A stretch of 63,398 nucleotides of DNA, the filler included, from Lenisia limosa (lineage: Eukaryota > Protista > Breviatea): the NCBI GenBank assembly GCA_001655205.1. It is 10 parts of 10 records of this genome, joined end to end, with 100 filler letters (N's around TTAATTAATTAA, not from the genome) between each part and the next. Parts side by side here need not be neighbours in the genome. Positions count along the whole stretch, not along the records: positions 1 to 30,530 come from LPNZ01011165.1; 9 more parts are not named here. One strand, 5' to 3'. The translations under genes and the position numbers were made by a program. Positions 1 through 18,342 of the stretch are shown here, piece after piece (positions within the stretch are counted from its first letter, which is position 1; the number at the start of each line of letters is the position of its first letter). Below the pieces are notes generated by a model, which had not been told where the DNA came from, did not search any database, and saw nothing but the letters and a program-made list of their open reading frames with translations.

Positions 1-3000
1 GAGAACGGGTGGGGGCTGGGGGCTGCTTGAGAGGTCGGATTTGAGTGTCTTAAACGCCTGTGAGAGTAAGGCAGCTATTCTGGTGATGAGTGCTGGCGTA
101 CAAACGAACCAAACAGGGAGGTATAGTATTTTGATGAAAAAGCAAAATTGAGAGATATATGACCAAATATGCAAGTGAGATTAATTGTCCATAGTTTGGT
201 GACAAAATTAATTGACCATGAATACTACGGTGGAGTGCTGGAATACTTAAAAGCAAAACAAACCTGAAGTATTGAAGCCAGTTTTGAGACTTGCAAGCCG
301 CCTGAAGCAGTGAAATGTACAAAGAAATAGAAAATAGTATTCATTTCATCATTGGTACATCTGCAATCTAAAGAGAGCACTTCAGTATATCCTGGCAGAA
401 CTCTCCTTGCATCCCTCTTCCACAATCAACCAGCTCACTCTTGACAACACCCGAAGCAGGTGCCATACCCGGCATGATGGAATACAGCGAGGCCGCCTGC
501 AGAAATAAAAGTGTTCGTTTGCCAGTACCAATGGGTAAGTATCTATAATTGTCTGCAGGTTTATGGATATGTCTAAATATTATATTCCCACCTGGGGCCA
601 CGGGATGAGACGATTCAGTTTAATGGGGTACAGACTCGACCCAAGAACAGCAGCAATAGCGGACGCGGGTTGTGACACGAGGATACTGCATGTACGGTTG
701 TCCGCCATAGCGGGGGTGAACAGGAGGGCTGCAGGGTAGTCCAGGGCCTGGGGTGGTGAGTATCAACCGACCACAGAGTGGAATGGAACAACAAAGGGTA
801 GAGTATTAGTAAGTTAGAGAGTTCAATAGAAACCCAAAACAAATTAAAGCGTTCCTAATACCAGTCATTAATAAAACCGTATCCACCTTGCGCTAAGTCA
901 AAACAAAGCCAAATAAATACAACAATAACCCACCTCCGTGACAGCAGGGAAAAGGCTCGAGTCTTTTTTGTCGCGAATGTTGAGGATAAGAGCCTCCAGA
1001 GAATCCCTAACTTTGCTCTGCGAAAGTGAAGGAAGGTAAACGAGGCTTGTTATGGTATTATGGTAGTGAAGGAAGGTAAACGAGGCTTGTTATGGTAATG
1101 TGGTAACGATCAATAGATCACCTACCATGTCGCCTGGGGTGTAGATGTTCTTTTCTGAAATTGTGAAATCAAACGAGGCTGTAAAGGAAGGCACAATTTA
1201 AATGAAAAGGATATGGATATGACTCCCCCCCCCCCCNNNNNNNNNNNNNNNNNNNNNNNNNNNNNNNNNNNNNNNNNNNNNNNNNNNNNNNNNNNNNNNN
1301 NNNCAGGCGCGTTTTGGTCTCCCTCTGGTGCGGCCTGACTGTTGACTGACATCCTCATTGTTGTGGGCTGTCTCAAGAGGGACGTGCCTACAGGTCAGAA
1401 GATGGGGCCAGAGGAGGAGGGAAATTGTCATGGAAGTGGTATTAATAACAGCGGCTTTGCTTATACTGGTGCTTTACCAAATTCCAATACATGAGCTGAT
1501 ATCTTACACTACATACCAGATTTGTTGTTCTTGAAAGCGAAGGAAAAGAGTTCGACAGCACGCATGACTGCAACCAAAAGGTCCCTGGGGAGTAATACGA
1601 AGGAAATTTCGATGAAGAATATTGGCGTAAAGGTACTGATCACGAACTGAATAATCTGAAACTCCAAACAAACAAAAAACAAAAAACAAAAAACAAAAAA
1701 AACAAAAAACAAACAATAGCAAACACAATTGTCAAAAGGAGCTTTCGAGAATTAGGCACTGAGAGTAGCGAATGGGCAGCATACCTTCTCGCCTGGTTGA
1801 GGAGGGAATAGGACATTTCAGGCACACTGTTGGCCTCCAACATCGGTGCCAGGTGTGGGAACGAGACTTGGCTTGTTTTGTCCACTTCTTCATCCTGGAC
1901 AATATCAAGATGTGCATTGTGGGATTTGAGAAACACGACCATCAGAGTCTGTAAGCCACATCCCGAAATGGACAGATGATTTACTCATTCTATACTGTAC
2001 CATATATGATCTCGTAAGATATGCAAACCCATTTGCTCCTGAAAATGTTCAAAAGGACAACGTGTTGTGCGGAGAGAGTGGAGAGAAGCCCATGGGGGTA
2101 GGGTGCTACAAAGTCAGTCGACAACATGCCAATTAGTTCGGCTTTTGTGGTATGAAATGATATGGTATGTATTTGATGACTATTGTTGATACACTGTACC
2201 CACCACTAATCCACGCTACACCTGCGCTGATATTTGTAATTTTTGCAGCAGCATATCCAGGGGGAGGGTCGTTGACAATGTCCTGAAGCTTCTCACACTG
2301 AGTGATTAGATTGTAATTTCTGACCGGGGAGATGTAAGACAAATATATGACATAATATTGCTCTTGATGTGGACGTCAATAAATCGATAATCTCACGATC
2401 TTTTGGTACAGAAAGGCGGGTCAAATTCTCACCAAAAAGCTTACACTATCATTAATGAAGAAAGCCACTTCGCGGTACTTCGCCATGAGTATCAGAAGTT
2501 CTCTATGGCAAATCGAGTCTAAATTGATGATCATTAACTTCTCTTCATCAGAGTCCGACAGTCCCAAATCCCAAGACGTCCCCACCATGCGGGCTAGGAA
2601 CGTGGAGAACTTCCCCGGACCGCGGTACACTGAACACTCTCAAAGGCTCAACCTCAACTCGGACAGCCTACNNNNNNNNNNNNNNNNNNNNNNNNNNNNN
2701 NNNNNNNNNNNNNNNNNNNNNNNNNNNNNNNNNNNNNNNNNNNNNNNNNNNNNNNNNNNNNNNNNNNNNNNNNNNNNNNNNNNNNNNNNNNNNNNNNNNG
2801 GTAGTAGATAAATTACATTTTCGAAAAACTATGCTTTAACTCACTGCATTAGACCACCCACCACATCTCCAAGGGCAAACATCCTGGGGTGTCGTATAGC
2901 GCTGACTCGACACTTTTCATGCAGCGGTCCACTAGAGCAGTGTTATTGGGTTATGGGCACCTCATATATCTGGGCATATCTATTCTGGCTTGATTAACCG

Positions 3001-6000
3001 CGACTGCAGGATACCTAGTGAAATGTCCGATAATCACACCCGGAAACTGAATAGGTCACATCCCCCCACTCGAAGCTTCCGTACATGAGGGTGTGGAAGA
3101 ACTTCGTCAGAGAGTACTGAGCAAGAGCTAAATAATCAATCAAAGAACACCTGGAGTGTTGCAGAAGTTTCAAAAGCAGACAAGAACATTTAACTCACAT
3201 CAAACATGCGTCAAACCACCTCTTTTACTAGCGACAAGGGATTGTTTACTAATACAGACGATATGTTGCTTAACTTGGCCGACATTTATGGAAAATTCAG
3301 TCTTTTTTGAACCGAAGCCTCCTTCATCAATGCTCCTCCCCCGTCCCACGTTTCGGCAAGGTGCACGCATGGGAAGGGCCGCAGGTTGAACAAACTGTCC
3401 ACGTCAGAATCTCGGGGTCTGCGGTGGCAATCACTCTGGGGGGTTATATTCTCTGTATGTTAGCAGTTTGATGATGTGTCATTTATGTATATTCTAGTTT
3501 TGCCTCCTTTACGCTTTATACCCCCCCCCCNNNNNNNNNNNNNNNNNNNNNNNNNNNNNNNNNNNNNNNNNNNNNNNNNNNNNNNNNNNNNNNNNNTCAG
3601 CAAATGCGAACTTGTGCACATGGGCGGTGAGGGGCTGGAGGCAAGAAGAGCACTGTGTTCGTTAGAAATAATGGTCATATCCAAGGAACTACCAAGCTTA
3701 GAATCTAATATTTCAGCATAGTTAGTACGGCCGGATTATCACCCCCTCCACCCCCTCCTCACGGCCAAAGCGGTGTTTCCACAGAAATTGAAGATGAAGT
3801 CAGAAAGAGTCATGTCCGAGTGGCGGTAGAACAAGCTTTCTGGGGAGGTGGGTTACGAATTTTTTGTTCACCCTCTCCCCCATCAACTCTGTTGGCAGAA
3901 TAGTTGGTTTGGAATTAACAAAACAAAGCCCAGAACAGTCCCTTCAGTCACATTCCCCAGAACAATCCCTTCAGTAACACTGTCCAAACAGGGGTGCAAG
4001 TTGAAGGATCATTAACGTAATGAAACCGATCAAACACATTGTAAACTGTTTCACTGAATGAGTCTCAATTGCCCCATAATATACTGCACGTATTTGCCAT
4101 TCTCAACGTACGAAAGACAGTAGGAGGGGCACATACATCGCCAGCCTTATTGAGTAGACTGTACATGAAGGACAGAGAAAGAGCCTGACAAGTGACAATA
4201 TATGGGAAATCCTCTGATCTTCAAATGCAACAACAAATGCTAGTCTTTTCTTTGGCACCTACCTGATAGGCCAGGGCGAGGGGACCTAAGTCAGGACTCT
4301 GCATTTTGAGGCACTGATGCTCTCCACACGACGCGTTAACCCAGTCCTTGAGGGGGGTCAGGAGGAAGCTACTTTCAGTCATGCAAAACCGAAACAAAAG
4401 TGTGACCAACACCTCCCCCCCGAAACTTCCCCAACTTATCCCCCACCCTACCGATGGAGAATAGGTAGTCCAGGGGCTTGACATAGGCTCTGAGGGGCTA
4501 TAGAACCCGGATGGTTGTGGCTGATTCTGGTGAACGGCTGAAAAGGCCTGGGGGGGGGGGNNNNNNNNNNNNNNNNNNNNNNNNNNNNNNNNNNNNNNNN
4601 NNNNNNNNNNNNNNNNNNNNNNNNNNNNNNNNNNNNNNNNNNNNNNNNNNNNNNNTGATGGGTAGTTCTTAGAATTTCAAAACCAAACACATGTCAACAG
4701 AAAGTAGTTCAAGGTACACGCCCCCACGGATTTTGAAAGGATTGGACCGGGGTGCGGCAGGAGTCGTGACGGGTAGTTCAACATCGGGTCCGGCGTGGGC
4801 ATGAGACAGGCTGAAGGGTAACGTATGCCATAGGCTATTATTAAAGCTTCCCTGTTTATGTGTTTCTTATAGTTCTCAATGACACCATAAAAAAGGTGAT
4901 AGCCTTTTCTTTGCGGAAAAAAGGGAAATCTTATCTGGAATGCTCTTCTTTCATTAAAATGAACTTGCTGATCAATCCCGACTACCAGGGCTGAGTTGAA
5001 TTGCGTTAATGTCAACGGCGGCGTACGCGTCAGGAATGATAGGCTTCATTTTCTGGACAGGTCAGAGGGTAAACCAGCGGATCAATTAGACTACCATTGT
5101 TCTTTTCATTTAACGTATTTTCTTGATTCCAAAAATTTCTAAATTGACACAAAAAAGAAGGTAATATCCCAATAAACCGACTTCGCTTGTTATCGTATAT
5201 GGGATGGATTTGTCCACACTATTTGGTTGCATCTCCCCATAGTATTCCTATTCACCCCCCCCCCCCNNNNNNNNNNNNNNNNNNNNNNNNNNNNNNNNNN
5301 NNACAAAAGCCCAAGTTGCGCAAATCCTTTCCTGAAATATCAAGTAATCCAAAGAATCAACAAGTGATCAAAAGAATCACGAACAAACCCAACCTCTCCA
5401 ATCTGATGTTGTAGGCTGTCAAAATGGTCAGGCCCAATATGGCCTTCACCGGAGCTAATCCTTGAATCGTGTCGCCCCTGAAGTGTTACCACTTTCTATA
5501 GTTACAATGGGATTAAAATAGGAAAATGGAAACTCTAAGAGCATTTAAACAGGAGTCAATAAATATCATTATAGAAAAATGCACCAGCATGTCTTTAATC
5601 TGCTTGGTCTCACCTTATACAAATGGTGGCAAATCTTCTTGAAGGGCAATCCTCAAGGTAGATCATAGATCGTGAAGGGGTTCCGGTGGTAACCGATCTA
5701 AATACCCCACAGGTGCCAACTATATCCTCGGATGTGGGGAGATCTGAGTTGTGAGAGAAGCATTGATGATGTTGGGAGATTCATCCATTTTGATCCTCAA
5801 TAACATTTCAAAAAGAGAAGGAAAATGATATTATAGTACTAACACACAATAACAAGGATCCCCTCCCCCAACTGTGCGAGGGATAAATTCGTGTGGCTGT
5901 GGCTCGAGAGATTCGATCCATAACTCGCTGAATGATCATGCCAAATGTAATAGCAATTGGTTGTTAGCAAAAATCAAGATAAATCATTTGAGAAGCGTAA

Positions 6001-9000
6001 TACAATTTGAACGACTCAGCTTTCAGTTTATGACACTATGATTGCGCAGTAAATAGTCCCCACAGCTTTCAAGCCAGAAATGACGGTAATACTCCTTGCT
6101 TCAAGCTTGTTGACCAATGTTAACGATACCTCTTTCTCGGTAACTACAGGGTGAGTGGAGGGGGTGACATGCATGGACATAGAACGTACTCCTCTTACTG
6201 ATAAGATTAGGATTGTGTTTGATGAGCTTCTCGAGGAGGATAGAGTTGTACACTGCTGCTTGATCTATACAGGCCTCAAACGAGGCGGGTGTCGTATCAG
6301 CTGCCTCGTACCTGCAGTTAGTCAAGCCGAAGGTCGAATACAAAATCTTTTCCATGACATTTTTTACACAATACTTTGAGTCATGAAATATATAAATTTG
6401 TGAAACTTAAAGGTTTAATATGTTCAGCACCAACTGGAGGGGACATGAGAACAGCAGTATTCTGGGCTTTTCGATGTAACATCTCATAGCAATTGTGGCG
6501 GGCCGGCCGCGGAAGACAAGTCCTCGGATGTAGCTGCTGTCTTTGGGGGATCCTCCGGGTATCTAATTGGACCGTTAAAACTGAAGATCCAATTCTTAGC
6601 AATAACTATTCCTTGGAAATACGGGGAGGGTGCAATGTATACGGGGAGGGGTGGGCCAATGTATTTCAAATAAATATTATATTATTACTGTAGAATACTA
6701 TGATGGAAAGACTGCCAAGTAGCTACCCAAAGCAGACCTTGGCAATCCTAATCGCACTTAGGGGGTTGGTGCTATCTTTCACTCCTGGATTGAGGGAGAG
6801 ATTCCGTACGGACGCCCGGGATAGGTGCGACAATGGGTCTGTGAGGTGATAAAGAATTGCTAATCTTGAGCTAGAATCTGTACTTGAAATTATCCCACCT
6901 TCCCAGTCAGCAGACAAGCCACCAAGTTGTCTCATAATCGAAATATATTCTGAAAGATAGGAATTCGCAATCTGGAAGGTTTCATTAGTTAAGATTTGTC
7001 ACTTGCTGGAAGAGTGACAAAAACAAAGCGTATGAAAATGAAGAAGTATGGTGGAGAATGAATAAAACAGCTGATATGTACAACTTGAAAGAGATACCCA
7101 GAATGCTGAATTTTATCATGTGCTTTACTTCCCTAGCACCCACAGTTAGAACAGATGGCACGTCTTCAGCCTTGGATACGGGGGAAGTGTCGGGCAAAGT
7201 ACCTGGGGTGGTCACCAAAAAACTACTTATCTCCAATGATCAACATATTCGTTCTTAATGCAAAAGAAGTAGATACGTACTAGAGATGGTGTGCAACCAA
7301 AAGAAACTATGTATTATCTATTAATCTGTTGTGTACTAATGATTGCAGAAAGTAGCCCACCCATGTCCCAAGTTGATGAGAAAAGTGGCTCAATTGGAAC
7401 TGTTTCCTCATCACTCGATTCATCCGAACTTGGCCTATATGTGTCAAAGTCTGAAAAGGGTATTTAGTAAATAAAAGAATCAGGACAATAAGCTTGAACC
7501 CAAAAAAACTCCGAATCACATTGCCCAAGCCCTGCTGTGCAAACAAAAAAAAATATATACAATATGTATGTATGCGCAAAAATACCCAATAAATATAGAT
7601 TCAAGGTGAAGGGCAATCTACAACCCCCATGCCCCCAGGCTAACTCAAAGTCAAGGTGAAGTTGAGAGGAGCACCCATGGGCAACCCGTGTGTCCTAAAT
7701 CGTGACTTTCTGCAATCTGATATACAATATTGTTTAAAAAACATATCATATTTAAAGTAAATAATTGCATTTGCTTATGACGTTTGCATCAATTCAATTC
7801 AATTCAATTCAATCCCCCCATAATCACGCACCAAGGTTCGTTGTGAACTTGGCCCATGGCTGGTGAGGACTGTTCTCAGATATGTGACCAAAGATTGCTC
7901 GGTAAGTCTAGTACTGCACACTGAACCGTCAGCATATGACTGGCTTATATGCAGTATATATAGAACAATTTGACGGAATGTAAAATGTGTTAATTACACT
8001 ACTCTGACAAAGTAAAAAGAGTGAAGGAAGTGAGTAAGAAACAAACGTTTTGGAGGTGCAATAGGTGCGGCAGCACAAGAGATACTAAAATGTGAAAGAA
8101 GAAGATGTTTGACAGTTGCTATTACAGGATTTACCCTCCCCCCTACTCGGCATCAAAGGGATTCAATGGCTGCCGATGGGATGGGAAGTTCTTCTTGTTA
8201 AGGTGCAGAGTATAACATACTTCACAGACCCTCAGTGCGGTCTGAATGGTGACTCTTTTTGTTGTTTTCAAGAAGTTATCTTAAAAAAACAAACACTTTT
8301 GTTTTTGAAAATATAAAACTCATTTATTATTATTGTGAGACATACTGATGCCCTTCATAAGATGTGACCAACCACCCATGTGACCATACCCACTGGTTTT
8401 TCTTCAGACAGAACGTTGAACGAAAGGCTCTTTTGTGTACATCTGGATTGTTACACTCTTCAAATGCAAAAGCAAAAGTCTGTTTGAACCTTGAAGTTTG
8501 CTTATCAAGGATATCGACAACATTTTCTGAAGTCACAGGCTCTGAAAATGGAAAACATAAACCAATTGATCATATCAAATTACAGAATAATCCCATTCAG
8601 AGATATCATATGAAATATGTATATTACACTAAGTCTTGACCTATTTTTCTCATCTGATTCTATCAGCAAAGACTTACCAAGTGTGTTTATTAAAGTTTAT
8701 TGTGTGTATTTGTAAGTTATTCAGTTTTATTATCCTATGAGCAACTAATTCCTCATCTAGTTAACCCCCTCCCAACTTTGAACAGAAGACATGGCCACAT
8801 AATCGGCAGTGATGCTTCCGTCGGAACGCTGTGAACTCTGACGTGCAGCTGTAGCAAAGGTGCGCTACCGCATCCGGAATCCAATTGGTCTGAGGGGGGG
8901 GGGGGGNNNNNNNNNNNNNNNNNNNNNNNNNNNNNNNNNNNNNNNNNNNNNNNNNNNNNNNNNNNNNNNNNNNNNNNNNNNNNNNNNNNNNNNNNNNNNN

Positions 9001-9229
9001 NNNNNNNNNNNNNNNNNNNNNNNNNNNNNNNNNNNNNNNNNNNNNNNNNNNNNNNNNNNAAAGACAGAGAGAGTCTTCTAGAATACTGAACAACCGTAAT
9101 TGACCCTACCCGGTTAAAGATATCTGCAGCAGCTTGTTCATTCTCTGTTGTCCTAAAAAGTGGGATATTTGTTACATTAACAGTGCAAAAGGATAGAAAG
9201 AAAGATGGCATGGGATTCATGCGGGGCAA
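1..9229 (-). CDS. FAB1: Fab1/PIKfyve-like PI3P 5-kinase, multi-exon; kinase domain lies beyond the left edge
   Basis: FYVE exon 8777-8889 ([38 protein letters not shown]) and ~8170-8250 (TALRVCEVC). Chaperonin-like segments GIVIAKNW (~6600), [27 protein letters not shown] (~6200-6290) and [10 protein letters not shown] (~5900). Pre-kinase motif [19 protein letters not shown] in exon 592-747. Start codon at 9229 is tentative. Confidence 0.85.
1025..1097 (+). repeat. Direct duplication, period 40 bp
   Basis: AGTGAAGGAAGGTAAACGAGGCTTGTTATGGTA at 1025 and 1065. Confidence 0.9.
1585..1727 (-). mobile_element. Repeat family A copy ending at a Fab1 3' splice site
   Basis: GTGTTTGCTATTG..GGAGTTTCAGATTATTC..ACCTTTACGCCAATATTCTTCATCGAAATTTCCTTCGTATTACTCCCCAG; it forms the 3' ~143 nt of the 200-nt intron 1585-1784. 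Confidence 0.75.
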
Positions 9230-9550
9230 TAACGACTAACTAACATTATATATTGTCAACAGATTAAAAGGAATACTCTGCTAACCTTGCCCATGTGCCT
9301 GTTTTGTGGCCCAACAACTGGTTGAAGTCTGTAAGGTCCATGGTAGGCAGTTAGCAGAGTTGTGTTCTAACTCATACAGAACTTTGAGAGCGTAATTATC
9401 CCAATAGCAGCCTCATGGCATAGGCATCAAAATATTGTCTTAAATACACGGGGTGGAAGGCCGAATTGCGTAGGAATCAGAAGAGAAAAGACAAAGAGAA
9501 GGTAAATAAGTCAATAAGATGGAAAATTGTCTTAGAAATCAATGAAAAAT

Positions 9551-11703
9551 ATGAAAGTATTGCTTGGAATTTCGTCAAAAGTAGAGAAAGAGCGACAACA
9601 AAAAACTGGAATCATAAACCAAGTTACGCTTCCGCATTTCCATTTTATCGCCCTTCTTCACTCCTCTTGCTCTTGTCCATAAACAGAACAATTCGTTTGA
9701 AACTTACACATTCTCATTGGCTCAGAAACCCTACCTCCCTACCCCACATTTACCATCAGCAGATCACTTATTTGAATGGATTTCCAACACTGTTTTGATA
9801 TTTGAATTCTACCTCCACTCTGACTTCACAATAAGGAGAGGGGAACGCTTTAGTCAATCCAATTGACATTCACATGCTTCCCCCTCCCTACGAATCGTCA
9901 ACCAAGGCAGTCATCCCGCCAAAAGACCAGTTTGAGAGGGCATGGCTGACTGATGACGATCCCAACCCCTCCGTGTTCGTTCGTGCTCCCAGGGTTGGCT
10001 TTTTGTAACATTAATATTAGCGATGTATGCGTGACTACATATGAGTGTAATGTTAGCTTCTACCTTACAACCTATTATATTGTGATATTGAATACATCTG
10101 AATTGCCATTTGCCAATTCTTAACATTGTCAATTTTGATCATAACAACACAGGCAAATGAGCTCCACTTGGTCAGAGAGGCTGTGGCTGATGCATTTGCT
10201 ATCAGGTTTGGGTGGACACTTCAGCCTGATACCTTGAAGTTTCCAATTATGCATGTCATATACTATAGCCAGTATCGGGCCACTCTACATAAATCTAATT
10301 GTTTAGTTATACCCCAAACTTTTGGAGGGAATATCCGTCGCATTTCCACATTCTCATTAGCTACGTTGAAGATGACCATCCAATGTTGAAGGTACAGAGG
10401 CCCTTTTTTGTGCTCACATCTTTTATGATATTTTGATCTATTGCCGCTGACCAATAAAGGATATTCAGCCGCGACTTGTTGTTCGTCACGATGATGTAAG
10501 CGGGTAATGGAAAGAAATAATTGAAGATTCTTTTTCCGTGTTTTCCCATGAATTGTCTCTCATCACTGTCGCAGCCAAGAGCAGTGCTAAAAAGCGCTTT
10601 TTCATCGGAGACATTCACAGCCAAATGGGACGAGCCTTTTTCCCGAGCATTCACCCCGTTGTTCCTTCCTGATGGCTCTGTAATGGTTTGTGATAACTCT
10701 ATTATGGGAGAATACTTAATCATCTTGATATTTACTGCTCTTATGATCGAAGGAATTGACTGAGTTAGATTGGGTTCACGATGTACGGTATTTACGAGGA
10801 AGGCACGTTGACACAGCAAACCGTACCGAATCTTCGCGACAAGATTACAGCATATATCATCGGAATTGCTGTCGCTCGGGGATGCAAATCCTTGGGAATT
10901 GGTAGGGGAGTGGGGATGGAGTATGCTCTCACATCTCTTTCACTAGACTGGGTGGAACATGGTTGGCTTTTGTCTTTTCAGCCCTCACTTAAGTGCCACA
11001 CTAAGTCGATTTTCTTGGTAGTTTGAGATCCCTATATTTCCGAAATAAAGTTGAATGTAATACTGAAGCTTTTAGTCAGGCTGATAAACAAGTTTTATAT
11101 CATATACTATCCGGTGTTTCTCTTACATCCTGCTTGACACCTTAGGGCGCAAGATGCTACAACAAACAGTGTACCGTGCATGGCATGGTGAAAACCCCAT
11201 TGCAACCATCAGCCTTCATGTTGACGTGGGTGTGGCTACTACAGATCTTGTTTCTTGTCTTATACAAACAAGGATATGTAAATGTTGCAGTTTACACTAA
11301 TTGGCAATAAGACATTTTCTCACAATGTAGGTTCTCAACGAGAAGGGACTCGGCTTTTACACCTCTTTGGGATTTACGACACTAAAGTGAGTACAATTCT
11401 CTCATTGGTCTTCTTATCTTGGCTTAATTTCTACTTTTTGGGGTAGATTGGTAACATCTCGCTTTCAAATTCCGTTTTTTTTTAATGTTTCAGGTCTTTC
11501 AGCTCCTACTACAGAATTAACCATCTTTCAAGAGACGCATTTTTCCTTATTCTTTCTTTGAAGTATGTTGGGTGCAAAGATTGGGGTTTTATTTGTTGGA
11601 GGTATGGATTCAACAATTCTTCATCACCATTTACCTCATGCTGCCCCCCCCCTTTATCCCTGTTTGCCTCATCTCATACCCCAGTCCAACACTCACGCCA
11701 TAG
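9551..11703 (+). CDS. GNAT acetyltransferase, NAA50/NAA60-like, multi-exon
   Basis: Stitched exons give YIIGIAVARGCKSLGI (~10850-10910), GRKMLQQTVYRAW..ISLHVD (11147-11230), VLNEKGLGFYTSLGFTTLK (11331-~11386) and SFSSYYRI..DAF, which match the GNAT motif A/B of N-terminal acetyltransferases. Start and stop positions are tentative. Confidence 0.75.
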
Positions 11704-12019
11704 ACCTAGTGGTTCTTGTACAGTACTTTAGCTCTCACCTAAGTTGTTGGTAGTATATTATGGTAAATGGACACATAATATAAGTATCCGCAAGTCATTC
11801 TGTTTTTGTTGTGTGGAATGTAATTTTGTGTAATATTCACAGGATGTAATTGGGGGTATATGGTGTATGAACCAGCAGGAACAAAAATGACTCCCATTAG
11901 CCACAAATAAATAAGTAATTCCATTTACCAGTTCACCTTCACTAACACCATCATCACCCTAAACAACTAAAAAACACTATAATTAGATAGAAAAAAAAAA
12001 CGAAACCGGAGTGCACCAA

Positions 12020-17136
<5,117 letters not shown>

Positions 17137-17547
17137 GGAGCGAGGCGAAGGCGAACAGATTGGCGAGGCCACACGGCGAGGTGTGGGCACTACACAGGCG
17201 GCCATTTCAACACTGAAATCGGTCAGTGCATTGCACAATATCAGTAAAAAGAAGGGATCTTTCCTTCCGGTTGGCACAAAAGGAAAAGAGGCTTGGGAAG
17301 AATCTTGTGTGGCTTACATAAATGTGAATAGCAGGCACAGTTACAGCGTGGTTTGGCTGAAAAGTTAACAGCTTGCTTACAGCTTGAACTTGAAAAGTGT
17401 GTTAAAACCCGGCAAGGGTCATAAAGAGTTCACAAGCAATCCTGAAAAGGAAATAAAAGCTGACGTTGTTTAGCCTGGCCTCAGATTGGAGGGGGATGAG
17501 CAAAAGACAAAGCCTAAGTAACCTACCATAAGAGGAAAGTTAGGCTC

Positions 17548-18237
17548 TTATTTCGGGAAGAGAACCGAACTGAACTGAACCTCAATTCCTGAAAGGTTTG
17601 TTACATGGATTGGAGCGTGTGACATATGACACACCAAGCTCAATGAGCCAGCCCAATCTTCATTACATGCTGCTGCCTTCTCCATCCATTTCTCCATTTC
17701 CAGTATTTCTTCAGTGTCATCATCATGTATGGGATATCTAGTGCTGACAAAGTGCAAGTGGGGAAGGCTTGTTAACGTGCATATGTCACATGCATTATGT
17801 CGTCGAGGGAAGGGACTGATTGAGACACATGGGGGCATGGAGAGCATGGAGAAGAGCAGGTGTAGCCTGCATGATTGTCATAAAAATTTAATGAATAGAG
17901 GGGAGAAAAAAAAAGGCTGAAAAAGGGCCCGGAAAAAATATTCTATCCCAATCTTCAAATCGCAGNNNNNNNNNNNNNNNNNNNNNNNNNNNNNNNNNNN
18001 NNNNNNNNNNNNNNNNNNNNNNNNNNNNNNNNNNNNNNNNNNNNNNNNNNNNNNNNNNNNNNNNNNNNNNNNNNNNNNNNNNNNNNNNNNNNNNNNNNNN
18101 NNNNNNNNNNNNNNNNNNNNNNNNNNNNNNNNNNNNNNNNTGTAGTATATTCTTACCCTGGTGGTCAGGCAGGACAGGGTTTGGCCAGTGGAAAACAATG
18201 CGTTCATAAAACAAGGCTGTTGCAGTTTAGCACCCAT
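17548..18237 (-). CDS. Hypothetical protein, possibly N-myristoylated (MG start)
   Basis: ATG at 18237 gives MGAKLQQPCFMNALF..TTR followed by a GTAAG donor. A ~100-codon open frame at 17548-17868 includes YPIHDDDTEEILEMEKWMEK. An N gap lies between the two; no family recognised. Confidence 0.35.
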
Positions 18238-18342
18238 AGTGGAAGGTGGTAAAATGGTTCTGACGTTTTAATAATCAACCTCAACGAATGGGGTGTAGGT
18301 AGATCTATTTCAGACAGCTAATATTACTTAATTGCGTGGTGA

